From assembly GCF_009914755.1 (NCBI RefSeq), contig NC_060935.1: a stretch of 64,000 nucleotides of DNA. One strand, given 5' to 3'. This stretch comes from the human T2T-CHM13v2.0 reference genome, Homo sapiens. Positions 1 to 15,274 of the stretch are shown here, piece after piece. The notes below the pieces were generated by a model. It worked only from the letters and a program-made list of their open reading frames with translations. It was not told the DNA's origin and made no database searches. Position 1 is the stretch's first letter; the number at the start of each line of letters is the position of its first letter. The position numbers and the translations under genes were made by a program.

Positions 1-2948
1 ACTCCAGGAGCTGGTTTTTTGAAAAGATCAACAAAATTGATAGACTGCTAGCAAGACTAATAAAGAAGAAAAGAAAGAAGGATCAAACAGACATAATAAA
101 AAATGTTAAGGGGGATATCACCACTGATCCCACAAAAATACAAGCTACCATCAGAGAATATTATAAACAACTCTACGCAAATAACTAGAAAATCTAGAAG
201 AAATGGATAAATTCCTGGACACATACAACCTCCCAAGACTAAACGTGGAAGAAGTTGAATCCCTGAATAGACCAATAACAGGCTCTGAAATTGAGGCAAT
301 AATTAATAGCCTACCAACCAAAAAAAGTCCAGGATCAGACGGATTCACAGCCAAATTCTACCAGAGGTACAAAGAGGAGCTGGTACCATTCCTTCTGAAA
401 CTATTCCAATCAATAGAAAAAGAGGGAATCCTCCCTAACTCATTTTATGAGGCCAGGATCATCCTGATACCAAAGCCTGGCAGAGACACAGCAAAAAAAG
501 AGAATTTTAGTCCAATATCCCTGATGAACATCCATGCAAAAATCCTCAATAAAATACTGGCAAACCGAATCCAGCAGCACATCAAAAAGCTTATCCACCA
601 AGATCAAGTTGGCTTCATCCCTGGGATGCAAGGCTGGTTCAACATATGCAAATCAATACACATAATCCATCACATAAACAGAACCAACGACAAAAAACAC
701 CATTATCTCAATAGATTCAGAAAAGGCCTTTGACAAAATTCAACAGCCCTGCATGCTAAAACTCTCAAACTAGATACTGATGGAACGTATCTCAAAATAA
801 TAACAGCTATCTATGACAAACCCACAGCCAGTATCATACTAAATGGGCAAAAACTGGAAGCATTCCCTTTGAAAACTGGTACGAGAGAGGGATGCCCTCT
901 CTCACCACTCCTATTCAACATAGTGTTGGAAGTTCTGGCCAGGACAATCAGGCAAGAGAAAGAAATAAAGGGTATTCAATTAGGAAAAGAGGAAGTCAAA
1001 TTGTCCCTGTTTGCAGATGACAGACTGTATATTTAGAAAACTCCATGTCTCAGCCCAAAATCTCCCTAAGCTGATAAGCAACTTCAGCAGTCTCAGGATA
1101 CAAAATCAATGTGCAAAAATCACAAGCATTCCTATACACAAATAACAGACAATAACAGAGAGCCAAATCATGAGTGAACTCCCATTCACAACTGCCTCAA
1201 AGAGAATAAGGTACCTAGGAATCCAACTTACAAGGGATATGAAGGACTTCTTCAAGAAGAACTACAAACCACTGCTCAACGAAATAAAAGAGGACACAAA
1301 CAGATGGAAGAACATTCCATGCTCATGCATAGGAAGAATCAGTATCGTGAAAATGGCCATACTGCCTAAGGTAATTTATAGATTCAATGCCATCCCCATC
1401 AAGCTACCAATGACTTTCTTCACAGAATTGGAAAAAACTACTTTAAAGTTCATATGGAACCAAAAAAGAGCCTGCATTGCCAAGACAGTCCTAAGCAAAA
1501 AGAACAAAGCTGGAGGCATCATACTACCTGACTTCAAACTATACTACAAGGCTACAGTAACCAAAACAGCATGGTACTGGTACCAAAACAGAGATATAGA
1601 CCACTGGAACAGAACGGAGGCCTCAGAAATAACACCACACATCTACATCTGCTCTTTGACAAACCTGACAAAAATAAGAAATGGAGAAAGGATTCCATGT
1701 TTAACAAATGGTGCCAGGAAAACTGGCTAGCCATATGTAGAAAGCTGAAACTGGATCCCTTCCTTACACCTTATGCAAAAATTAATTCAAGATGGATTAA
1801 AGACTTAAATGTTAGATGTAAAACTATAAAAACCCTAGAAGAAAACCTAGGCAATACCATTCAGTACATAGGCATGGGCAAGGACTTCATGACTAAAACA
1901 CCAAAAGCAATGGCAACAAAAGCCAGAATAGACAAATGGGATATAATTAAACTGAAGAGCTTCTGCATGGCAAAAGAAACTACCATCACAGTGAAGAGGC
2001 ACCTACAGAACAGGAGAAAATTTTTGCAATCCACCCATCTGACAAAGGGCTAATATCCAGAATCTAAAAAGAACTTAAACAAATATAGAAGAAAAAAATC
2101 AAACAACCCCATCAAAAAGTGGGCAAAAGATATAACAGACACTTCTCAAAAGAAGACATTTATGCAGCCAACACACACATGAAAAAATGCTCATCATCAC
2201 TGGTCATCAGAGAAATGCAAATCAAAACCACAATGAGATACCATCTCATGCCAGTTAGAATGGCGATCATTAAAAAGTCAGGAAACAACAGGTGCTGGAG
2301 AGGATGTGGAGAAATAGAAACACTTTTACACTGTTGGTGGGAGTATAAACTAGTTCAGCCATTGTGGAAGACAGTGTGGTGATTCCTCAAGGATCTAGAA
2401 CTAGAAATACCATTTGACCCAGCCATCCCATTACTGGGTATATACCCAAAGGATTGTAAATCATGCTGCTGTAAAGACACGTGCACGTGTATGTTTATTG
2501 TGGCAGTATTCACAATAGCAAAGACTTGGAACTAACCCAAATGTCCATCAATGATAGACTGGATTAAGAAACTGTGGCACATATACACCATGGAATACTA
2601 TGCAGCCATAAAAAAGGATGAGTTCATGTCCTTTGTAGGGACATGGATGAAGCTGGAAACCATCATTCTGAGCAAACTATCACAAGGACAGAAAATCAAA
2701 CACCGCATGTTCTTTCTCATAGGTGGGAATTGAACAGTGAGAACACTTGGACACAGGGCAGGGAACATCACACACTGGGGCCTGTCGTGGGGTGAGGGAA
2801 GTGGGGAGGAATCACATTAGGAGAAATACCTAATGTAAATGACAAGTTAATGGGTGCAGCACACCAACATGGCACATGTATACATATGTAACAAACCTGC
2901 ACTTTGTGCACATGTACCCTAGAACTTAAAGTATAATAAAAAAAAAAA
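1..2948 (+). mobile_element. LINE-1, L1PA5/6-like; 3' part of ORF2 plus 3'UTR and poly(A); 5' part lies outside the window
   Basis: ORFs 203-733, 1170-1730, 1571-2053, 2119-2382 and 2551-2733 are frameshifted L1 ORF2p fragments ([28 protein letters not shown]). The 3'UTR ends ...GTACCCTAGAACTTAAAGTATAATAAAAAA. Confidence 0.97.
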
Positions 2949-3416
2949 TAAGTCATACTACCAGAGAAAATCACTTAACTACAAAAGAAGACAGTAAGGA
3001 AGAAGGAAAAGAGGAGTTAAAACTACCAGAAAACAAGTAACAAAATGGCAGTAGTAAGTCCTTACCTATCAATAACATTTAACGTAAATAGGCTAGATTC
3101 TCCAATAAAGACACAGAGTGGCTGAATGGGTTAAAAAAAAATAGATAAGACCTTAAACTCACTTTACCTATAAAGACACCCATAGGCTGAAAGTGAAGGT
3201 ATGGAAAAAGTTATTCCATACAATGGAAACTACAAAAGAGCAGGAGCAACTATACTTATTTCAGATAAAATAGACTTCAAGTCAAAAAACATTTAAAAAG
3301 TAAAAGAAGGTCATTATATAATAATAAAGGGGTAAATTCAGCAAGAGAATATAACAATTATAAATACAAATGCACCCAACACCAGGGCATCCAAATATAT
3401 AAAGCAAACATTAACA

Positions 3417-5013
3417 TATGTATTTATATATATATTTATATATATATTTATATATTTATATTTATTTATTTAATTTATATATTTATATATTTATATATTT
3501 ATATTTATATATATTTATATATATTTATATTTATATATTTTTATATATATTTATATATATTTATATATTTATATATTTATATATATTTATATTATATATA
3601 TACTTATATATTTATATATACTTATATATATATTTTTATATATACTTATATATTTATATATATTTTTATATATACTCATATATTTATATATATTTTATAT
3701 ATACTTATTTTATATATATATATTTTTATATATATTTAATTTTTACATATATTTATATTTTTATATATTTATATATTTATATATTTTTATATTTTATATA
3801 TATGTTTATATATTTATATATTATATATATTTATATATATTTATATATTTATATATTATATATATTTATATATATTTATATATTTATATATTATATATAT
3901 TTATATATTTATATATTTATATATTACATATATTTATATATATTTATATATTTATATATGTTTATATATTTATATATTATATATATTTATATATATTTAT
4001 ATTATATATATACTTATATATTTATATATATTTTTATATATACTTATATATTTATATATATTTTTATATATACTTATATATTTATATATATTTTTATATA
4101 TACTTATATATATTTTTTATATATTTATATATTTTTATATATATTTAATTTTTATATATATTTATATTTTTATATATTTATAATTTATATTTTTATATAT
4201 ATTTATATATGTTTATATATTTATATATATTTATATATATTTATATATTATATATATTTATATATATTTATATATATTTATATATTATATATATTTATAT
4301 ATATTTATATATTTATATATTTATATATTTATATATATTTATATATATTTATATATATTTATATATATATACTTATATATATTTATATATATATACTTAT
4401 ATATATTTATATATATACTTATATATATTTATATATTTATATATATTTATATATATTTATATATTTATATATTTATATATATTTATATATTTATATATAT
4501 TTATATATATTTATATATATTTATATATTTATATATTTATATATATTTATATATACTTATATATATTTATTTATATATGTATATATATTTATATATGTGT
4601 ATATATTTATATATATGTATACATATTTATATATGTATATATATTTATATATGTGTATATATATTTATATATTTATATATGTGTATATATATTTATATAT
4701 GTGTATATATTTATTTATATATGTGTATATATATTTATATATGTATATATTTATATATGTGTATATATATTAATATATGTATATATATTTATATGTGTAT
4801 ATATATTTATATATGTATATATTTATATATTTATATATATTTATGTATATATTTATATATATTTTATATATTGTTATATATATTATATATTTATATATAT
4901 TTTATATATTGTTATATATATTATATATTTATATATATTATATATTGTTATATATATTATATATTTATATATATTTTATATATTGTTATATATATTCATA
5001 TACATATATATAT
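3417..5013. repeat. ~1.6-kb AT-rich (TA)n-derived low-complexity/minisatellite array
   Basis: Almost pure TATA/TATT with TACT, TGTG and TATTGTTA variants. An exact 30-bp unit is repeated three times at 4021-4110. Confidence 0.98.
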
Positions 5014-5419
5014 AAAGAGAAAAATAGACTGCAATATAATAGTTGGGGACTTCAACATCCCACTCAGTAATTAAACGATCATCAGATAGAAAATTAACAA
5101 AGAAACATCAGTGCTAAACTACACTCTATACCAAATGGACCTAACTGGTATTTACAGAACATTTCATCCAACAGCTGCAGAATACACATTCTTCTCATCA
5201 GCACATAGAAAATTCTCAAGGATAGACCACATGTTAGGCCACAAAACAAGTATCAATAAATTCAAAAAAAGTCAAAATCATATCAAGCATCTTTTCTGAC
5301 CACAATGGAATAAAACCAGGTATCAATAACAAGAAGAATTTTGAAAACTATACAAAGACATAGAAATTAAACGATATGATCCTGAAAGGTCAATAGGTAA
5401 ATTAAGAAATTAAGAAGGA

Positions 5420-5588
5420 GAAGGTGGGGAGTGTGTAAGCACTGAAAAAACTACCTATCAAGTACTATGTTCACTACCTGGGTAACAGAATCATTCATAT
5501 GCCAAATCTCAGAGACATGCAATTTACCAGTGTAACAAGCCTGCACTCGTATCCCCTGAACTAAAAATAAAACTTGCAAATAAAAGAC
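5420..5588 (+). mobile_element. Severely 5'-truncated L1 3' end (L1PA13-16/L1PB-like) nested in the L1MA
   Basis: L1 3'UTR terminus flanked by a 12-bp TSD AATTAAGAAGGA (5408-5419 and 5589-5600). Confidence 0.85.
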
Positions 5589-7736
5589 AATTAAGAAGGA
5601 AATTTAAAATTTTATTGAAACAAGTATACATAAAACTTGTCAAAATCTATGGGATAGAGCAAAGGCAGTACTAAGAGGAAAGTTTATAGCAATAAATGCC
5701 TATATCAAAAAAGTAGAAAGTCTTCAAATAAATAACCTAATGATGTACCTAAAGAAACTAGAAAAGCATTAACAAACCAAACCCACAATTAGCAGAAGAA
5801 AAAAAATAAAGAGCAGAGAAGTAAATGAAATTGATACTTAAATACAGAAAAATACAAAAAATGAAGTTATTTTTTTGAAGAGAAACAAAATCAACGAAGC
5901 TTTAGCTAGACTAAGAATAAAAGAGATGACCCAAATAAAATCAGAAATGAAAAATGAAACATTACAACCAATACCATAGAAATACAAAGAATCAGAGACT
6001 ATTATGAACAGCTATAAAACAAAATCAAAAACCTAGAAGAAACTGTTAAGCTCCTAGACACATAAAACCTACCAAGATTAAACCATGAAGAAATTGAAAA
6101 TCTCAATAAACCAATAACAAGTAATGAAATTGAAGCTGAAAGTCTCCCAGCAAAGTGAAGCCCAGGACTTGTTGATTTCACTGCTGAATTCTACCAAACA
6201 TTTAAAGAACTAATACCAATTCTACTCAAACTCTTCAAAACAAATTGAAGAGGAGGGAATACTTCCAAATTCTTTCTAGGAGGCCAGTATTACCCTGATA
6301 CAAAAACCAGACAAGGAAACAATGAAAAAAAAACTGCAGGCTAATGTATCTGATGAATGTAGATGCAAAAAATCTCAACAAAATGCTAGCAAACTGAATT
6401 CAACAACATTTGAAGATCATTCAACATAATCAAGTGGGATTCACCCCAGAGATGCAAGGATGGTTCAACCTACACAAATCAATAAATGTGACACATCACA
6501 TTAACAGAACCAAGAACAAAAGCCATATGATTATTTCACCAGATGCCTAAAAAGCATTTGGTAAAATTCAACATCCCTTTAGAATTTTACACCCTCATCA
6601 AACTGGGTATAGAAGGAACATATCTCAAAATAATAAAGGCCATATATGACAAACCCACAGCTAACATTGGAAAGAGAAAAACTGAAGGCCTTTTGGCTAA
6701 GATAACAAGACAAGGATGCCCACTTTCACCACTATTATTCAGTGTAATACTGCAAGTCCAGGCTAGGGAAATTAAGCAAGAGAAAGACATAAAAGCATCC
6801 AAATCGGGAAAGAAGAAATCAAATTAGACTTGTATATGGTTTACAGGATCTTATACTTAGAAAAACCTAGACTCCACCAAAAAAAATTGTTAGGATGGAT
6901 AAACAAATTTAGTAAAGTTGCAGCATACAAAAATCAACGTACAAAAATCAGTAGCATTTATGTATACCAACAGCAAACAATCTGAAAGATAAATCAAGGA
7001 AACAACCCCATTTACAATAGCTATGAAAAAATATAAAATATCTAGGAATCAATCTAACCAAAGAAATGAAAGATCTATACCAAAAAAACTATAAAACTCT
7101 GATGAAAGAAATAGAAAAGGACACAAAAAAATAGGAAGATATTCCATGTTCATAGATTGGAAGGATTACTATGCTAAAATGATGATACTACCCAAAGCAA
7201 TTTACAGATTCAATGCAATCCATATCAAAATACCAATGACATTCCTCACAGAAATAGAAAAAAAATTATAAAATTTATATGGAACCACAAAAGACCCCAA
7301 ATAGCCAAAGCAACCCTGAGCAAAAAGAACAAAACTGGAAACATTACACTACCTGAATTCAAAATTTACTACAAAGCTATAGCAACCAAATCAGCATGGT
7401 ACTGACATAAAAACAGACACATAGACCAATAGAACAAAGTAGAGAACTCAGATATAAGTCTATGTATTTACATCCAACTTATCTTCAACAAATGCACCAG
7501 GAACATACATTAGGGAAAGGACAGTCTCTTCAATAAATGGTACTGGGAAGTAAGTATATGCAGAAGAATTAAACTAGATGTCTACTGCACACCATACACA
7601 AAAATCAAATCAAAATAGATTAAAGTCTTAAATCTAAGATCTGAAACGATAAAACTACTAGAAGAAAACATTGGGGAAATGCTCTAGGACATTGGTCTGG
7701 ACAAAGATTTTTTTTGTGTAAAACCTCAAAAGCATG

Positions 7737-8102
<366 letters not shown>

Positions 8103-9808
8103 TTATATCAAGCTAAAAACTTCGCACAGCAAAGAAAACAACAAAGTGAAAAGACAACCCAAAGAACAGGAGAAAATGTGTGTAAACTACCCAACTGACA
8201 ATGGATAAATATCCAGAATATATAAGGAGCTCAAACAACTCAATAGCGAAAAACGGTATGATTTTAAAATGGGCAAAATATTTGAACAGACATTTCTCAA
8301 ATGACAACATACAAATGACAAAAAAATATGAAAAAAGTGCTCGACATCACTAATCACCAGGGAAATGCAAATCGAAACCACAATGAGGTATTATCTCATT
8401 CCAGAGAGGATGGTTATTATCAAACAGGTAGGAAATAAGAATGCTGGCAAAGACTGGAGAAAGGGGAACACATATACTGTTGGTGGGAATGTCACTTAAT
8501 ACGGCCATTATGGAAAACAATATGGAGGTTTCTCAAAAAACTAAAAATAGAACTACCACATGATCTAGCAGTCCCACTGCTGGGTATACATCCAAAAGAA
8601 AATAAGTATATCAAAGAAATATCTGCACTCCCATGTTTATCACAGCACTACTCACAATAGTGAAGATATGGAATCAACCTAAGCATCCATCAGTAGATGA
8701 ATGGATTAAGATGTGGTATATATACACAATGGAATATTAGACTTAAAAAATGAAATCCTGTCATTTGCAACAACATGAATAGAACTGGAGGTCATTACGT
8801 TAAGTGAAATAAGCCAGCCACAGAAAGACAAATACATGTTCTCACTCATAAGGGTAAGCAAAAGTGGATCCATGCAGGTAGAGAGTTGATGGTGGTTACC
8901 AGCGGCTGGGAAGGGGAGGAGAGAGGGAGAATTGAAGAGAGGTTGATTATTGGCTTAAAAAATATACAGCTAGATTGAAGGAATAAGATCTAGTATTCAA
9001 TAGTACAATAAAGTGACTATCATTAACAATAATGTATAGTTCAAAATAACTGAAGAATTTGAATGTTCCCAAATAAAAGATAAATATTTGAGGTGATGAA
9101 TATCCCAATTACCCTGATTTGATCATTATACATTGTATTCATGTATCAAAATATCACATGTACCCCCAAAATAAGTACATTATGTACCCATTTTAAAAAA
9201 TTCTGACAGGAAGTGGCACACATCATTTCTGCTCACATTTCCCTGGCCATAGTCAGTTGTACAGACTTACGTAACTTCAAGGAATCAGAGAAGAGTAACT
9301 CCACCATGTACCCAGAGAGAGAAGAATTAGATATAGATAGATGATTGATATGAGAGAGAGAGAATGAATGAATGAATGAATGACCATTTCATCCTCTGGC
9401 CACCAAATATTTGGCTCACTCACCTCACCAAGCAACACGCACTCACCCTCTCCCCTAGGAAAGCAACCCAAAAGTTCCATCTAGTCATAGCAACTAAAGC
9501 AAAGTTCAGGACCCCTGACTGATGTGTTATGGTGTATACACTAGATCCAGATGTGACTGTCCTCTTAATCTGGAGACCTATAAGCTAAAAATAAATTTTC
9601 TGCTCCACACACCCAAGATACAATGTTGAAACAGGGATAGGATAACCACAATAGCCAGTCCCATTCAGTAAGGGAAGAATGGAAAGACACAGAAGACACT
9701 GACTCATAGCAATTCTGAAATCTTGCTGGGCAGACATCTTGAGGGACAACCCCTGGGAGCAGGGATATTTCTGGGTTTGGCTACCGTTATACTACCTGGG
9801 TATAGCAA

Positions 9809-10217
9809 TGATACAGTTTGGATGCTTGTCCTTTCCAAATCTCATGCTGAGGTTTCATCCCCAGTGTTGGAGGTGGGGCCTAGTGGGAGGTGTTTGCGTC
9901 ATGGAGGCGGATCTCTCATGAATGGCTTGGTGTCATTCTCACAGTAATGAGTGGTTGTTGGTCTATTAGTTCCCATGAGAACTGATTGTGAAAAAGAACC
10001 TGGCACCTTCCTCCCCTTCCATCCTCTCTTGCCATGCTATGGCTGCTCCTGCTCCTCTTCTGCCATGAATGGGAGCTTCCTGAAGTCTTCAACAGAAGCA
10101 GATGCTGGCACCATGCTTCTTATACAACCTGCAGAACTATGAGCCAAATAAACCTTTTTTCTTTATAAATTACCCATCCTCAGGTATTCCTTTATAGCAA
10201 TGCAAATGGACTCTAAG
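9809..10217 (+). mobile_element. MST-family LTR (MSTD/MSTB-like)
   Basis: TGATACAGTTTGGATG...GGAGGTGGGGCCTAGTGGGAGGTG...GAGCCAAATAAACC...TATAGCAATGCAAATGGAC. Confidence 0.85.
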
Positions 10218-11190
10218 AGGAGCTCCTTCATTCATTATACTCCATTTCTCCTGACTCCTTCCTCTAGGAAATTATTTTCCATTATTCTCCTTGGCCATAT
10301 TGGAAGTGAATGTAAGGGAATATGCTCTTCTTAAGGGCTGAGCCTCTTTCTCAGATCATCTGCTACTGATACATAGGGTCATTTTAGGTCTTTAATAGTC
10401 TAAGTCCAGACTGGTGGTTCTTTTGGCCATGCAACTATCTCAATAATTTCTTACCTATTTGATTCTGACAGCAATAGAATCCAGTAGCCATAACCATATT
10501 TCTTTTAGAGACACAGATTCCAGAGTTATGCCTTTGATTTCTCATCTCCAAATCTCTCTCCATCTAAAGATCAGTGTACCTTGAGCCTATCAGGATTGTG
10601 TAGATATCCACAGCCTTAGTCTCTTTTCCTTGAGACATCTGTCCAATTTAAAGGGATAACTAGCTGCCATATCCTTGAAAGATACTCTGAAACATATTAA
10701 TAAACTCAAAGATTTTAAGAGTGGCCATGCCCTTATTTTGATCCTTGCCACAGTAATAAATTTTTCATTCAAAACTTTTCTCAATTTTATCTTCTACTAT
10801 TTGGAATCCAAAATTATGGCTCTCCCAAATATTTCAAGGCCTCCAGATTTTGGAAACTTTCTATTCACTTTCATTTCTGCTTGCATATTGGCCAATTCTT
10901 TTCTGAGCACATTCTTTATTACTATAATACTTTGCCAAGCACAGTCAATAATAACTAAACATTTGGTAACATACTGTTTTCCCGTATCTTCATCTTCAGT
11001 TACAATTTTCTCAAAATGTGATCTGACATCCATACAATTGTAATAAATATTTCCCACTGCATAATATAAATTTCCATCTTCTAACCTCCAATAAAATTTT
11101 CTTGCAGTTCACTACACAGCCCCTAGGACAGATCATCTATTTTAAGCTTTCTGTTTCATCAGTACTGTATTCCATTTCTAGGAGTCTATC

Positions 11191-11348
11191 TTTTTCTCTT
11201 TTTTTAAGACAGGGCCTCCATCTGTCCTTCAGGCTGGAGTGCAGTGGCACAATCTCAGTTCACTGCAACCTCCTCCTCCCAGGCTCAAGGGATCCACGTT
11301 GGCCTCCCAAAGTGCTGGGATTACAGGTGTAAGCCACTGTGCCCAGCC
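11191..11348 (-). mobile_element. Monomer-length hybrid Alu (left-arm 5' half joined to right-arm 3' half)
   Basis: About 160 bp; TSD-like GGAGT(C/A)TATCTT on both sides. Confidence 0.8.
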
Positions 11349-11799
11349 TGGGAGTATATCTTAATATCTGTCAGAATGAATTAGATTATGCTGTGACAAC
11401 AAATAACCCCTAAGTCTTGATGCTTTAAAATAATGAAAGTTTCTTGCTCAGCTACTTGGTGGGGAGAAAAATGTCCCAAGTTATTCTCACTCAGGAACCC
11501 AGGCTGACAGAGCCTCCAGCATCTCAAATGTTAGTAGCGGAGAGGAAACATGATGAATTACACATCATCTCTTGAAGTCAAGTAATACCTTTCACTTTTA
11601 CTCACATTTTCTCTAAAGCAAATCACATCACGATGCCTAACTTCAAGAAACTGAGGGTATACAATCCTGTCATGTGTTCAGAAAAGGAAAAACTAGAAAT
11701 ATTGGTGAATAATACTAAATGCTACCATAAATGCTATACCTATACAAACTATCACCTACTATAAAGTAGAATAATTAGACTTTTCAATTTTGCAAGATC

Positions 11800-13045
<1,246 letters not shown>

Positions 13046-13380
13046 TTTCCTAAGTGATTCTGATGCTCAAATTTAGGAACTCCTAGGCCAGTTCACATTC
13101 CCATCCATTATTAGAAACTCCTCTGCAACATTCACTGATAAGTAGTTGTCCAACTATGACTTGACTATCGCCACAATAAAGAATTCACTACTTGAAATTT
13201 CATCTCCTATTTCTTTATAGTCCTAATTCTTATGTCAGTTATAAACATTGCATAGTAAAAGTACAGAGATACTGTGAGACTGTACTGGCCCATTCTACTT
13301 CCAGGGATGAAAGTAATGGGGGCAGTAATGAATGTCTCGTAATTCTCCTGTAGTGGGTGGCTATCAACAGGGTGAGTCCT

Positions 13381-13690
<310 letters not shown>

Positions 13691-14489
13691 CTATAGCCCA
13701 CTTCCCTGGCAATCACTGTAAAAGATATTTGTCCCTCAGAATGAAAGGGAGGGACCAAGAGCTCTACAAATCTTACATTTAGGTCTCTTTCTCTGGCTTT
13801 AGTGACACGGCTTATGCCATCCTAAAGATTCCCATAAGCTGAGGTGGCGATACACCTCAGAAAAGTGGAAGACAGAGGAAGGAGCTATATAAATTGTGCC
13901 AGGCATTTGAGTCCAGAAGGTAGCTATTTATCTCAAGAGTTGAGACATATTTTAAAGCATTATTTTCTTTACCACATCCCCAGGCAGCCCACTTCATCCC
14001 CTAAAGCTCTGTTAGAAGGTCTTCATAAGAGAGAGAGGGACAGAAATTAAAAGTACTAGGTTTCAGTAGTGCAGATAGATAAAATGAATGAAATTTTTAA
14101 AAATTCAATCTAAAAGACAACAGAAAACTAAGAACAAATAACAGATATGGCCAAAAAAACAGAGCAAGGAGGTAAATTTAAACCCAGCTATGTACATAAT
14201 TACACTAAACATAAATGATCTAAACACCCAAATTAAAAGACAGATTAAACTGGATTAAAAAGCAAGACTCAATACTTGGAAGAAAAAGGCACAGCTAGAT
14301 TATAAGTAAAATGATGGAAAACATACCAAGTAAGCATTGTTCAAAAGAAAGCACTGATATATTAATACCAGACAAAGTGTAGTTTGCAGGATAAGGAATA
14401 TTACCTGATAAAGAGGGACATTTCATAAAGAGGTCAATTACTCAAGGAAACATAATCATAAATGTGTGTGCACCTAATAAGTGGTTTCC

Positions 14490-14852
14490 TGATGGTTTGT
14501 TTTCATGCTGCTGATGAAGACATACCCAAGATGGGGCAATTTACAAAAGAAAGAGGTTTAATTGGACTTACAGTTCCACGTGTCTGGGAAAACCTCACAA
14601 TCATGGCAGAAGGAGAAGCAACATCTTACATGGATGGCAGCAAGCAAAAAAAAGCTTGTGCAGGAAAACTCCGTCCCCGCTCCCCTCCACCCCCACCCCC
14701 ACCTTATAATCATCAGATCTCATGAGACTATCACAAGAACAGCATGGGCAAGACCTGCCCTCATGATTCAATTACCTCCCACCAGGTCCCTCCCACAACA
14801 TGTGGGTGAATTGAAGACCAGATTTGGGTGGGCACATAGCCAAACCATATCA
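14490..14852 (-). mobile_element. THE1 LTR (THE1B-like, MaLR)
   Basis: CATGCTGCTGATGAAGACATACCCAAG...GGACTTACAGTTCCAC...GCCAAACCATATCA. Confidence 0.9.
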
Positions 14853-15183
14853 TTAACAAACTAAAAACAAATACAACATATAATCATCTCAATAGATACA
14901 GAAAAATCATTTGAAAAAATTTAACACCTACGTGTGATATAAAAAAACTCTCAGCAAACTAGGAATAGAAGAGAACATTCTTAAATCCATAAAGGGCATT
15001 TTTTAAACCCTGCAGCTAACATCATACTTAACGGTGAAAGACTGAATGCTTTTCACTTAAATTGGGAACAAATTAAGGATATCTGCTCTCATCACTTCTA
15101 TTTAATATAGTATAGGTAACCTTAGCCAGTGAAATAAGGCAAGAAAAAGAAATAGATTTGAAAGAGATGGTAACACTGTCTTT

Positions 15184-15274
15184 TTTTCAAGTTTTCTTTT
15201 TTTAACTTTTAAGTTCAGGGGTACATGTGCAGGTTTATTACATAGGTAAACTTGTGTCATGGGGGTTTGTTGTA
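15184..15274 (-). mobile_element. ~90-bp L1PA 3' end insertion
   Basis: TTAAGTTCAGGGGTACATGTGCAGG; TSD GGTAA(C/A)ACTGTCTTT at 15169-15183 and 15275-15289. Confidence 0.8.

Larger units (their letters stand above)
9201..11730 (-). mobile_element. Ancient MLT1 (J/K/L-like) MaLR element: partial LTR 9201-~9390, internal region, LTR ~11370-11730
   Basis: Two homologous LTR segments (CATTTCTGCTCACATTTCCCTGGCC..TAACTTCAAGG at 9224; CACTTTTACTCACATTTTCTC..TAACTTCAAGA at 11593) flank MLT1-int-like sequence. Confidence 0.65.

Noticed and set aside
203-2733. Reverse-transcriptase-like ORFs as a functional gene or novel RT system
   Set aside because: Frameshifted, stop-interrupted fragments of ordinary L1 ORF2.
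3418-5074. 451-aa, 268-aa and other Y/I/L/F-rich ORFs
   Set aside because: Translations of the TA array; they stay open only because TAA is rare on this strand.
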